Shown here in pieces: positions 38,466 through 48,035 of a DNA stretch of 64,000 nucleotides (positions are counted from its first letter, which is position 1; each line of letters begins with the position of its first letter). A program made the position numbers and the translations under genes. The notes below the pieces were generated by a model. That model ran no database searches. It saw only the letters and a program-made list of their open reading frames with translations, and was not told the origin of the DNA. Origin of the DNA: Sphingomonadaceae bacterium (lineage in GTDB: Bacteria; Chloroflexota; UBA6077); assembly GCA_050261575.1 (NCBI GenBank), contig JBLNDL010000033.1, forward strand, positions 1 through 64,000. The letters are read 5' to 3'.

Positions 38466-38469
38466 TGCG

Positions 38470-40293
38470 ATGCCGCTCCTCGAGTCCCCGGGCGCGGTGT
38501 GGCTGCTGGTCACCATTCCGGCCATCGTTCTGCTCTGGATCCTGCGGCCGCTACGCCCGCGGCTGCGGGTACCCAGCCTCTTCCTTTGGCAGGGCTCACC
38601 CGCCGAGCGGCGGTCTGCCCGACCCTGGCAGCGGCTCCGCAACCACCCGCTGCTCTGGATCCAGCTTGCCATCGCTCTGCTGCTGGCGCTGGCCGCCGCT
38701 CGCCCGTTCCTGCCGGCCGACGCCGCCGGCCAGCACCTGATGGTGCTGCTGGACGCCTCCGGCAGCATGAGGGCGCGGGACGTCCCAACGGACCGATTCG
38801 CGGCGGCGCGGTCGACCGTCGTGGATCTGGCCCGAGGGCTGGGGCCTGGCCAGGAGATGACCGTGCTGCGGCTGGACGAACAGCCCAGGGTGCTGGTGGC
38901 TGGTGCGCGCGGCGCCGACCAGGTGGAGCAGGCGCTGTCGGGCGAGCGTCCATCCTACGGGCCGCCCGACGTGGCCGCGGCGCTCGCCCTGGCGGCGGGT
39001 CTTACCCGGGGGCCGGCGGAGTGGGTGCTGGTGGGCGACGGCGGGCTGACCATTCCTGAGGGCGTCCATCGACCGCCAGACACGGGATTCCGCTTCCTGC
39101 CGGTCGGAAGCCCGGCAGGCAACGTCGCCATCACGGGCATGGCGGTGAGGCAAGAGGGGGAGAATCGCGTCCTGCAGGTAGGGCTTCGCAACTACGGCGG
39201 GGGGCCGGCGGTCGGCCGGCTGCAACTGCTGGCCGAGGGCCAGATGGTGGGGGCTCGGGAGTGGCGCCTCGAGGCCGGAGCAGAGGATTACGTCTCCTGG
39301 GGACACCTGCTGTTGGGTCCGGCGTGGTACGAGGCCCGGCTCTCCGGGGTGCCCCAGGGATCGAACGCCCTGGAGCAGGACGACGCGGCCTGGGTGGCGG
39401 CGGCCGACGCTTCGGAGGAGGTGCGGGTGCTGCTGGTGAGCGCGGGCAACGGCTTCCTGGAGCGTATGCTCAGCGTCCACGGAAACGTGAGGGCTTTCAG
39501 CGCGTCCCCGTCCGATTGGCCGGGGGTCGCCTCCCAAGAAGCCGCCTACCCCCTGACGGTGCTGGATCGCCTTTGGCCAGAGCGATGGCCCTCGGGGAGC
39601 GCCCTGGTGGTGGGAGCGCCCGTCGGCGAGTCCTTCCGGCCTCGCGAGGTCTGGCCCCGAACGGACCATCCCCTCCTCCGCTACGTCGACTGGTCGGAGG
39701 TCCGGGTGGGGGAGGCGCGCCGCGCGACGCTGGGCGACGACTGGGAGACGGTGATCGACTCGGACGGCGGACCGCTGCTCGCGGTGCGCACCGATGGCGG
39801 CCGCCGGCAGGCGGTGCTGACGTTCGAGCTGAGTCAGTCGGACCTTCCCCTGCGTCCGGCCTTCCCGGTCCTGATGGCCAACCTGATGGAGTGGCTGCTT
39901 CCTCGACCCGAGACGGCGCCGCGCACGGTCGCGCCCGGCGCTGCCCTCTCGCCGGAGCCGTCGCCGCTGGCGCAGCAACTGTGGGCGGAGGCCGGCGACG
40001 GCACCCGCTACGATCTGGCGCCTCCGTGGCCGCCCCGACCCTTCCGGCCGCCCGAACCCGGCCTGTACAGCGTCGTCCAATCCTGGGAGGGGGAGCGCCA
40101 GCGCTCCCTGCTGGTGGCGAGCGGCTATCACCCTCAGGAGGCGGACTTGAGCCCTCGGTCGATCGACATTCCGGCGGCGAAGGGAGAGGTGTCGGCCCCA
40201 GCCAGGGGCGCCCTCCCCTTCTGGCCCTGGCTGGTTGCCGGGGTGGTGGGGCTTGCACTGGTCGAATGGTGGGTGGATGCGCGTGGACGGTAG
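38470..40293 (+). CDS. BatA N-terminal + vWA domain membrane protein
   Basis: 'PSLFLW', 'LLLALAAARP', DASGSM MIDAS, C-terminal TM ending EWW. Confidence 0.88.
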   Translation: MPLLESPGAVWLLVTIPAIVLLWILRPLRPRLRVPSLFLWQGSPAERRSARPWQRLRNHPLLWIQLAIALLLALAAARPFLPADAAGQHLMVLLDASGSMRARDVPTDRFAAARSTVVDLARGLGPGQEMTVLRLDEQPRVLVAGARGADQVEQALSGERPSYGPPDVAAALALAAGLTRGPAEWVLVGDGGLTIPEGVHRPPDTGFRFLPVGSPAGNVAITGMAVRQEGENRVLQVGLRNYGGGPAVGRLQLLAEGQMVGAREWRLEAGAEDYVSWGHLLLGPAWYEARLSGVPQGSNALEQDDAAWVAAADASEEVRVLLVSAGNGFLERMLSVHGNVRAFSASPSDWPGVASQEAAYPLTVLDRLWPERWPSGSALVVGAPVGESFRPREVWPRTDHPLLRYVDWSEVRVGEARRATLGDDWETVIDSDGGPLLAVRTDGGRRQAVLTFELSQSDLPLRPAFPVLMANLMEWLLPRPETAPRTVAPGAALSPEPSPLAQQLWAEAGDGTRYDLAPPWPPRPFRPPEPGLYSVVQSWEGERQRSLLVASGYHPQEADLSPRSIDIPAAKGEVSAPARGALPFWPWLVAGVVGLALVEWWVDARGR

Positions 40294-40338
40294 ACGAGGA
40301 TCGAGGACCGAGGTCTCGGGACTGGGGGGCGCGCCGCG

Positions 40339-43128
40339 ATGAACCCCCTCGGTCCGCTGCCCTCGGTCCTGTTCACCGATCCGCTGTGGCTGCTGGCGCT
40401 CCCGCCGGCCGCCGCCCTGCTGGTCGTGGCGAGGCTGCCCTGGTGGAGGGCGGCGAGAAGGGCCGGAAAGGCCGCGCTGCGCCAGGAGGCCCGACGGCTG
40501 GGGTTGCGCCTGGCTTGGATCGCCCTGCTGCTGCTGGCCCTATCCGGCCTCACCCTCACCCGGCCTCTGGATCGCCAGGCCCTGCTGTTCGTGGTGGACG
40601 CGTCGGCCAGCGTGGTGGCGGTGCGGGACCAGGCAGAGGCCGCCGTGAGGGCCGCTGCGAGCCGGATGCGGGACGGCGACCTGTTGGGGGTGGTCGCCGC
40701 CGCGGCAGGCGCCCGGGTGGAGGAGGTCCCCACGGACGAACCCCTCTTCGACCGGCTCTCCGTCTCCCTGCCGGACACCGCCACCGACCTGGCGGCAGGG
40801 CTGCGCCTGGCGGGCGCGCTGCTTCCCGAGGGGTACGCTGGCCGGCTGGTGGTGGCCTCCGACGGACGGCAGACTCGCGGAGACGCCCTGGCCGCGGCCC
40901 GGGACCTGGCTGCCAGAGGGATCGTGGTGGACGTGCTTCCCCTCGGTACCGCCGCCGCTCCAGACCTGAGGCTGGAATCCGTGGCGCTGCCGGAGACTGC
41001 CTACAGGGGCGAGGTTGCCACCCTGACGGCCCGGCTGCACTCCGACCGCTCCACCACCGCCACGCTCCGGGTGTACAGGGACGACCAACTGCTGCTGGAG
41101 CGGAGGGTGGATTTGCGCGCTGGGCGGCAGGAGGTGGTGCTCTCGGTGCCCGTCGGCGATCCTGGGCTGCACCGGTATCGGGTGGATCTGTCCTCGCCGG
41201 ACCCGTCGGCGGACGGCACCACGGCGAACAACGCCCTGGGGGCCATCCAGCGGGTCGTCGGCCCGCCCAGGGTGCTGGTGGTCGCCTCTTCCCCCGAGGA
41301 GGCGGGGATGCTGCCCAGCGCGCTCTCGGCCGGTGGGGCCGAGGTGAGCGTGGTCGGTCCGGCGGGGGTGCCGGCCGACCTGGCGGGGTGGGCCCGCTAC
41401 GACTCCGCCGTCCTGGTGGACGTGCCCGCCGAGTCGCTGCCCGCGGGGACGATGGACCTGCTGGAGAGGTACGTGCGGGACATGGGGCGGGGGCTGGTGA
41501 TGACCGGCGGACCCGACAGCTTCGGACCCGGCGGCTACGCCGACACGCCAGTGGAGCGGGCTCTACCGGTGTACATGGATCTGCGGGGGCGTGGGCGGCA
41601 GCCGAGGGTCGCCCTGGCGCTGGTGATCGACAAGTCCGGCAGCATGTCAGGTGCCAAGATGGAGATGGCCAAGGAGGCTGCCGCGCGCAGCGTAGGGCTG
41701 CTACGCCCCGGCGACCGTGCCGCCGTGCTCGCGTTCGACTCGGTGCCGCAGTGGGTGGCGCCGCTGACGCCGGTGGAGGAGCGGGAGAGTCTGGAGCAGG
41801 CTATCGGGAGCATCTACGCAGCGGGTGGGACCGAGATCTACCCAGCGCTGGCGGCCGGGTTCGACGCACTGCGGGATGTGGAGGCCGATGTCAAGCATCT
41901 TCTGCTGCTAACGGACGGGCGATCGGGCTCCGGGGGCGACTACGGGGCGCTGGTGCGGGAGATGAGGGACGCTAGGGTGAGCCTCTCCACCGTCGCGGTC
42001 GGCAGCGACGCCGATACAGGACTGCTGGAGGCGATGGCTCGGGCTGGGCGGGGTCGCTACCACTTCACGGCCGACCCGGCGGACATCCCGCAGATCTTCA
42101 TGCGCGAGACCCTGATGGCCACCCGCACGCTGCTGGTCAACAGGCGCTTCTACCCTGCCGCCGCGTCGGAGGGTCCGTTGCTGAGGGGCGTGCAGGTGGT
42201 GCCCCCCCTGGACGGCTACGTGGCCGTGACGGCCAAGGAGCAGGCCGAGGTGGTGCTGGTCTCGCCGGAGGGCGATCCGGTGCTGGCCACCTGGCAGTAC
42301 GGGCTCGGTCGGGCCGCCGCCTGGACTCCGGACGTGGCCGGCCGCTGGAGCGGCGCGTGGGCGGGGATCCCCACCACCACCATCCTCTGGGGCAACCTGC
42401 TCTCCTGGCTGCTGCCACCCCAGGAGGCCGGGGAGCTGTCGGTTCGGGTCGATGCCGAGGGGGACACGGGCTTCGAGGTGGTGGCGGAGAACCGCGGGGG
42501 ATGGGAGGAGCTTCGATCGACCCGCGCTACGCTGCTGGGTCCCGATGGACGGCGGCGGGAGATGGAGCTTTCTCCTGCGGGGCCGGGCCGCTACAGGGCG
42601 CGAGGGGAGATGCCCGAGCCGGGGGCGTACGTGGTGCAGGTGAGCCAGACCGTCGATGGCGGCGAGTTGCGTGGCGAGGCAGGGTGGGTGGCGCCATACC
42701 CCGCAGAGTACCGCGAGGTGGGGGTGGACCACGCCTTCCTGAGGCAGTTGGCGGCCGCGGGTGGGGGCGAGCTGCTGGGTAAGCCGGAGGAGGCCGCGGA
42801 GCCGCGTGGCCGTACGGCCGTCTCGCGCTGGCCCGGCTGGCCGTTCCTGATAGCGCTGGCTGCCATCCTCTGGCCCCTGGAGATCGCTGCCCGCCGCCTG
42901 GTGGTGCCGGCGGTGGCGCGGGGACGCGGGGAGGCGGGAACAGGCACACTCCCTCTCCCTCTGGGAGAGGGCCAAGGTGAGGGAAAGGACGCTGGGGACC
43001 GCAGATCCCCTCTCCCACTCCGAGAGGGTGAGGGTAAGGGCCGAGGGTCTGCGCCCGCCCTGGACACGGCGGGGCGGCTGCTGGAGCGCAAGCGCGCCCT
43101 GCGGGAGGGGCGGAGGGAGAAGGGTTAG
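40339..43128 (+). CDS. Double-vWA protein with an inserted GATase1-like domain
   Basis: DASAS and DKSGS MIDAS motifs; 'GG..SFG.GGY..TP.E..LPV'; terminal TMs. Confidence 0.88.
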   Translation: MNPLGPLPSVLFTDPLWLLALPPAAALLVVARLPWWRAARRAGKAALRQEARRLGLRLAWIALLLLALSGLTLTRPLDRQALLFVVDASASVVAVRDQAEAAVRAAASRMRDGDLLGVVAAAAGARVEEVPTDEPLFDRLSVSLPDTATDLAAGLRLAGALLPEGYAGRLVVASDGRQTRGDALAAARDLAARGIVVDVLPLGTAAAPDLRLESVALPETAYRGEVATLTARLHSDRSTTATLRVYRDDQLLLERRVDLRAGRQEVVLSVPVGDPGLHRYRVDLSSPDPSADGTTANNALGAIQRVVGPPRVLVVASSPEEAGMLPSALSAGGAEVSVVGPAGVPADLAGWARYDSAVLVDVPAESLPAGTMDLLERYVRDMGRGLVMTGGPDSFGPGGYADTPVERALPVYMDLRGRGRQPRVALALVIDKSGSMSGAKMEMAKEAAARSVGLLRPGDRAAVLAFDSVPQWVAPLTPVEERESLEQAIGSIYAAGGTEIYPALAAGFDALRDVEADVKHLLLLTDGRSGSGGDYGALVREMRDARVSLSTVAVGSDADTGLLEAMARAGRGRYHFTADPADIPQIFMRETLMATRTLLVNRRFYPAAASEGPLLRGVQVVPPLDGYVAVTAKEQAEVVLVSPEGDPVLATWQYGLGRAAAWTPDVAGRWSGAWAGIPTTTILWGNLLSWLLPPQEAGELSVRVDAEGDTGFEVVAENRGGWEELRSTRATLLGPDGRRREMELSPAGPGRYRARGEMPEPGAYVVQVSQTVDGGELRGEAGWVAPYPAEYREVGVDHAFLRQLAAAGGGELLGKPEEAAEPRGRTAVSRWPGWPFLIALAAILWPLEIAARRLVVPAVARGRGEAGTGTLPLPLGEGQGEGKDAGDRRSPLPLREGEGKGRGSAPALDTAGRLLERKRALREGRREKG
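42951..43040. repeat. CCCTCTCCC...GAGAGGG REP-like palindromes inside the 3' end of the vWA gene
   Basis: Two tandem copies; a related inverted copy lies at about 58383-58415. Confidence 0.6.
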
Positions 43129-44138
43129 ACGGGGCGCAGACACCTGGTGTCACGGTCGAGCAAACCCGCCAACTGCCGGGCGGCCTCGTCCGGATCCGTT
43201 CCCGTTTGCAGTCGGTAGCAGTCGCAGGATGCCGCCGTGTCCATCATCGTTTCGAAGTGATCCGTCGCCAGGCCGCGGTTCGCGGGCGGCATGCTGTGCT
43301 CCAGCAGGGCGAGGAACGCCTCGGACTTCCCCATCGGCTGGAGGAGGCTGGTGGGGGTTCGTGCGATGCTCGGGAACACCAGCAGTCGGGGCCGGGCCTG
43401 CTCGGCGAGACAGCCGGGGAAGAGGGCGTCGGCGGGGAATGAGTACTTGTTCCTCTCGTTGGGGGCGTGCCCTGCCAGGAATGCCAGCTCCCGGAAGAAG
43501 CCCAAACCATCGGCGCAGACGTTGATGTCCTCGGGGAAGGCCAGCACCTGAACCCCTCCCTCACGCTTCGTGAGAAGGGGCATGTCGTCGGAGAGGAGCC
43601 GCAGGCCGGCCCGCAGTAGGGCTATCGAGAGGGTGGACTTGCCGCTGCCGGGCAGGGCAGGCAGTATCAGGGCGTGTCCGTTCGACTCCAGGGCCGCGCC
43701 GTGGATGGGATACAGCCCTCGCAGACGGAGGAACTCCAGTACCATCGGCAGGATGGCGAAGTGCTGGATCGACCACAGCGCACCCGCGCGCTCGCGGACC
43801 ACGTACACCGCCATCCGACGGGCGTGGAAGTCGGCAACGCTGAGGGAGAGCCCGCGAGCCTCCAGGAAGAGCCGGCCGTCCAGGGCGCTGTGGCGAAGCC
43901 CGCCCTGCTCGTTCACCACGGTCGCATCGGGCGGCACGATCAGCGGGAGCGACTCGACCACTTCCATCTGGCAGTTCAGTGTCTCCCGCTTGGGCGCCCC
44001 CGGAGCCGCCTCGGCATACCGGTGGAACAGCCCGTCCATCGCCTCGGCCAGGTGAGGGTGGTTCGCCCATGCCTCGATCCGCAGCCCGTGCACGCAGTAC
44101 GTCAGACCCTCCAGTGTCGTGACCCTGGCCGATCGCAT
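43125..44138 (-). CDS. HprK-related kinase (RiPP-associated type)
   Basis: IHGAA, Walker A 'PGSGKST', 'LLSDD' motif; immediately downstream of the precursor genes. Confidence 0.85.
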   Translation of the reverse strand: MRSARVTTLEGLTYCVHGLRIEAWANHPHLAEAMDGLFHRYAEAAPGAPKRETLNCQMEVVESLPLIVPPDATVVNEQGGLRHSALDGRLFLEARGLSLSVADFHARRMAVYVVRERAGALWSIQHFAILPMVLEFLRLRGLYPIHGAALESNGHALILPALPGSGKSTLSIALLRAGLRLLSDDMPLLTKREGGVQVLAFPEDINVCADGLGFFRELAFLAGHAPNERNKYSFPADALFPGCLAEQARPRLLVFPSIARTPTSLLQPMGKSEAFLALLEHSMPPANRGLATDHFETMMDTAASCDCYRLQTGTDPDEAARQLAGLLDRDTRCLRPV

Positions 44139-44289
44139 CCCCTCGTTCCTCCCGCGGAGTGTTCACGGATGGCGAGAGCCGATCGCACGGACGGCCGGCC
44201 GGTGGACGGCCCGACCCGTGCTGCCCTCGCCCATCGCTCTGGATCGATAGAATTCGGCCGGGGGTTACCCCCGGCCGGTGGCGGACCCG

Positions 44290-44385
44290 CTAGTAGTGGT
44301 TGATCGAGTCGTAGTCGTTGAACAGGGCCGTCAGGCCGCTGGGCTTCCCGAGGGACATCGGTCGGAGCGATACGTATCTCTTCAT
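44290..44385 (-). CDS. Putative RiPP precursor A2: MKRYVSLRPMSLGKPSGLTA-LFNDYDSINHY
   Basis: 31-aa ORF with AAAGAGGA SD; leader paralogous to A1; not in the ORF track. Confidence 0.7.
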   Translation of the reverse strand: MKRYVSLRPMSLGKPSGLTALFNDYDSINHY

Positions 44386-44474
44386 GTCGCATCCTCTTTC
44401 TCTGGCGCAGCGAGTCCGCCGGGCAGCCGGTCGGGCAGCCCGACGGCCTCGCCTTCGCTAGCCCCGACGACTGT

Positions 44475-44564
44475 CTACCAACCACCGTTGTAGGGGATGG
44501 TGGCCGTCAAGCCGCTCAACTTGCCCAGCAGCGCGAGGCGCGGCGATACGTAGCTCCTCTTCAC
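44475..44564 (-). CDS. Putative RiPP precursor A1: MKRSYVSPRLALLGKLSGLTA-TIPYNGGW
   Basis: 29-aa ORF, GTG start after AAAGGAGGTG; lasso-type leader YxxPxLxxxGxxxxxT. Confidence 0.8.
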   Translation of the reverse strand: MKRSYVSPRLALLGKLSGLTATIPYNGGW

Positions 44565-44961
44565 GAATCTCACCTCCTTTCTCGTCCCTATGCTTGGATA
44601 GCCGAGGGCGCCCGTCTCCAAAGTGGAGAGGGTCGCGGAGCGTGGATCCGCACCGGCGGTTCGCGCCTCCGAGTTGGGGGACACCACGTTGGAGTGCATC
44701 GTGTCTCCCCTCGCAACCCCCTCGGCCATGGTCCGACCCTCGCCGCCAAGGGGCCGGCTCGGCCGTCCGGATCGGCTCTCGACAGCGGGTACAACCGGTA
44801 GGGGTGGCTGCCCAGCGTACCGACCCGCCGGTTGCCGCGCCACTCTAGCTGGGGCCGATGAATCCAGCATTAATCGGCCGAGCGGTATTGTGTCAACCGT
44901 GTAAGCACTCACCACGCGCCGATTTCATCTCCCGTTCAATTCCCTGGACTAGTCTGGAGCC

Positions 44962-45984
44962 GTGAAGAAGGCGATCGAAGTCAGAGACCTGTCCAAGAGC
45001 TACCCGAAGCCCATGAGCTTTCGGGAGATCCTCCGGCATCGCAGGTGGCGATCGAAGACGGATGCCCTGCGGGGGGTCGGCTTCCACGTGGCCGAGGGAG
45101 AGGTGTTCGGCCTGCTGGGCCCCAACGGAGCGGGGAAGACCACCCTGATCAAGATCCTCTGTACCCTCGTCCTTCCGACCGAGGGGTCGGCCTCCGTCAA
45201 CGGCTTCGACGTGGTTCGGGACCCTGCGGCCGTGCGGAGGAGCATCGGATACGTGGTTGCCGACGAGCGCAGCTTCTACTGGCGGCTGACGGGACGCCAG
45301 AACCTGCGCTTCTTTGCCACGCTGAACAACCTGATCGGCAAGGAGGGAGAGCGGCGAGTGGAGGAGGTCGCGGATCTGGTCGGCCTTCGCGAGGAGCTGG
45401 ACACGCCCTTCCTCCACTACTCCACGGGCACCAAGCAGAAGATGGCCATCGCCCGGGGGATGCTCACCGATCCGCCCATCCTGCTGCTGGACGAGCCCAC
45501 CCGCAGCCTGGACCTGCCGACGGCCAGAGCCGTACGCGGTTTCGTTAAGAGCGGGCTTGCTGCCCAGGGGAGAACGGTGCTGATAGCCACCCACAACATG
45601 GAGGAGGCGTCGGAGCTGTGCCAGCGGGTGGCGGTGATCGACCGGGGGCGGCTCAGGGCGTGGGGGACACCGGCGGAGATCGCCCAGGCCGTGGACTGGA
45701 CGGGGAAGAAGGTACTCCTGGAGGTAGACGGGTGGACGGAGGGGGTCGCGACTCGGGTGCGCCTCCTGCCGGGGGTGCGGGAGTTGGCACTGCTGCCGCG
45801 GTCCTGCGGCGAGAACGGCAGGGCGCTGAGGCTACGGATCGGCCTGCGGGAGGGCGCCGATTCCGTCGCCGAGGTGATAGAGACGGTGGTGCGCTCGGGC
45901 GGCCGGATCGTCTCGTTCCAGGAGGAGGCGCCCACCCTGGCCGACCTCTTCCTCCGCATCACAGAGGAGGAGCCCAGCCCGTGA
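44962..45984 (+). CDS. ABC exporter ATP-binding protein
   Basis: GPNGAGKT, YSTGTKQ, LLLDEP, ATH. Confidence 0.94.
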   Translation: MKKAIEVRDLSKSYPKPMSFREILRHRRWRSKTDALRGVGFHVAEGEVFGLLGPNGAGKTTLIKILCTLVLPTEGSASVNGFDVVRDPAAVRRSIGYVVADERSFYWRLTGRQNLRFFATLNNLIGKEGERRVEEVADLVGLREELDTPFLHYSTGTKQKMAIARGMLTDPPILLLDEPTRSLDLPTARAVRGFVKSGLAAQGRTVLIATHNMEEASELCQRVAVIDRGRLRAWGTPAEIAQAVDWTGKKVLLEVDGWTEGVATRVRLLPGVRELALLPRSCGENGRALRLRIGLREGADSVAEVIETVVRSGGRIVSFQEEAPTLADLFLRITEEEPSP

Positions 45985-46796
45985 CGCTGCTGCTCCACAA
46001 GGTGGCGGCCTTCGTGGCTCGGGACCACACCGAGGCCACCAGCTACCGCTTCGCCTTCGCCATGCGGTACGTCAACGCCCTCTTCACGGTGCTCACCTTC
46101 TACTTCGTCTCCGGGCTGGTCGAGGGCGCAGCTACCCCCCACCTGGCCGAGTACGGCGGGGACTACTTCGCCTTCGTCCTTGTGGGCATCGCGCTGTCCG
46201 GCTACCTGAGGACCTCCCTGACCAACTTCTCCTACCTGATACGGAACGCCCAGATGACGGGCACCATCGAGGCGTTGCTCGTGACACAGACGGAGCTGCC
46301 GACGGTCGTCCTGGCCTCCTCCGTGTACAGCTTCGTCGCCACCTCCACCACGGTGCTGCTCTACCTGGCGGTGGGTGCCCTGCTGTTCGGTGTGAACCTG
46401 AGCGGGGCCAACTTCCTCGCCGCGCTGCTGGTGCTGCTCCTCTCCATCGCCGCGTTCAGCAGCATCGGGATCGCCTCGGCCTCCTTCATCGTGGTCTTCA
46501 AGAAGGGAGATGCGGTGCTCGGCGCGATCACCCAGATCTCCATGCTGCTCGGAGGGGTCTACTATCCCCTCTCCATCCTGCCCGTCTGGCTCCAGGGAGC
46601 CGCGGCCCTGCTTCCCATCACCTACTCCCTGCGGGCGATGCGCTATGCGCTGTTCAGACCGGAGGAGATGGGGTCGGTGGCGCTGGATGTGGCCATCCTG
46701 GCCGCATTCGCGGCCGTTGCCCTGCCGTCGAGCGTGTGGCTCTTCGGCAGGGCAGTGCGGATGGCGAAGTCCTCGGGCAGCCTGGGCCACTACTAA
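45981..46796 (+). CDS. ABC-2 permease
   Basis: About 6 TMs, 'GVYYP...LP.WLQ......P.TY'; GTGA overlap with the ATPase stop. Confidence 0.9.
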   Translation: MTLLLHKVAAFVARDHTEATSYRFAFAMRYVNALFTVLTFYFVSGLVEGAATPHLAEYGGDYFAFVLVGIALSGYLRTSLTNFSYLIRNAQMTGTIEALLVTQTELPTVVLASSVYSFVATSTTVLLYLAVGALLFGVNLSGANFLAALLVLLLSIAAFSSIGIASASFIVVFKKGDAVLGAITQISMLLGGVYYPLSILPVWLQGAAALLPITYSLRAMRYALFRPEEMGSVALDVAILAAFAAVALPSSVWLFGRAVRMAKSSGSLGHY

Positions 46797-47074
46797 GCGG
46801 GCGTCTCTAGATAGAGCGCACGCCTCCCGCTGGGGGAGTCGACACGGACTAGTGATAGCTGCTTCGGGTGGTGGGGCCGGTGGGACACCCTCTGCCAAAG
46901 GGAGCGCGTGAACGTGCCCTACGGCACGTTCACGGGGTGGGGGCCGTAGGGGCCGCCGGCCTCCCGGCGGGGGGGATAAGCCCCCGCCTCCCCTTCGTCG
47001 TCGAATTGCGGAACGCTGCACCTGGAGCGAGCGGCCTGAGGTGGCTTGCTCCAGGTGCCATCGACTCGCTTCTT

Positions 47075-47761
47075 CTAGTGGGTATGGGCTGGTGCGACCT
47101 GCCCCTCGCCCGTGGTGTGGCCGCCCTCCGCCGGGGCACCCTCCCCGTGGACTGCGTTCCCTTCGGCGGCCTCGAAAAGGGCGAGGACGTACTTCTGGAA
47201 CAGCAGTTCGGCCTCTACCTTCTCACGGTTTGCCGCCACAGAGCCCTCCTTGGCCGCCAGCTCCCTGGCCTCCGCCACGGCGTGGAACTTCTCGGCGATC
47301 CCGTCCTTCACCGCCCGGTCCAGCAGGGCGTAGGTCTCGTCCAGGGAGCCAGTCTCCAGCGCCTTGTCGGCGGCGGTGAGCGCCGGGCCAAAGTCGCTCT
47401 CCGTCTTCAGGCCGGTGTAGGCAGCCCCCTCGCCGTGCCGATGCAGCCGGACGGCGGTCTCGTAGAAGAAGCGCTCTGCCAGCTTCTGGGCCTCGCCGCC
47501 CAGCCGGCGTACCTCCTGAGTGTGCTGGAAGACCGCGGAAAGCTCGGCCTCCGACTCGGGCTGGACGTATGGCAGGACCAGGTCGACGTCGTTCGCTTCC
47601 AGCGCCTTCTGCGCGGCGGCGACCACCGGACCGTTCACGGAGTCGCAGTGGGCCTCGGCGGATGGTGCCGGGGCGAAGGCCAAGGCGGTGACGCCGATCG
47701 CCAGGGCGAAGGTTAGAGCGCCCAGCTTGAGTCTCAGGGCCTTTCTGGTCAGGTGCAGCAT
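47075..47761 (-). CDS. Secreted protein, DUF6448-like
   Basis: Signal peptide then 'AHCDS.NGPVV', 'F.ET.VRLHR.GEGA.YTGLK'; His-rich tail. Confidence 0.75.
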   Translation of the reverse strand: MLHLTRKALRLKLGALTFALAIGVTALAFAPAPSAEAHCDSVNGPVVAAAQKALEANDVDLVLPYVQPESEAELSAVFQHTQEVRRLGGEAQKLAERFFYETAVRLHRHGEGAAYTGLKTESDFGPALTAADKALETGSLDETYALLDRAVKDGIAEKFHAVAEARELAAKEGSVAANREKVEAELLFQKYVLALFEAAEGNAVHGEGAPAEGGHTTGEGQVAPAHTH

Positions 47762-47875
47762 CTCGATTGTCTCCTTTTCTGCTCTTGTCGTTTTGTGCCG
47801 GCGGTGAACCGGTTGCGGATCGTCGCCGGACCCTTTCCCTGTGCTGCATTCTGCACCGTCGCAGGAAGACCTTCA

Positions 47876-47889
47876 TTGACGTGGATCAA
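47876..47889 (-). promoter_or_regulatory. Crp/Fnr-family box TTGAC-N4-ATCAA
   Basis: One mismatch from the FNR consensus; centred about -41.5 relative to a CAGAAT -10 at 47853-47848. Confidence 0.65.
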
Positions 47890-48035
47890 GTCTTCTGAGT
47901 TCATCCTCGATGCGCGAGGCCCCTGGAGAAGCTCCAGGGGCCTCTATGTGAAGGGGAGGAGGGATCCTCCCCGTCGATTGACGTCTCTTGGACGGACGAG
48001 CGGGCTGGCCGGACGCCTGCTGCCTCCGGAGCAGC

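Noticed and set aside
36567..41975. Long alternative ORFs (733 aa minus strand, 904 aa plus strand) and similar shadows elsewhere
   Set aside because: Arg/Pro/Gly-rich shadow frames of well-supported genes, expected in high-GC DNA
44475..44915. 146-aa ORF as the real gene
   Set aside because: A strong SD precedes the GTG at 44564 and only the last 29 aa resemble the paralogous precursor; an extended start cannot be fully excluded
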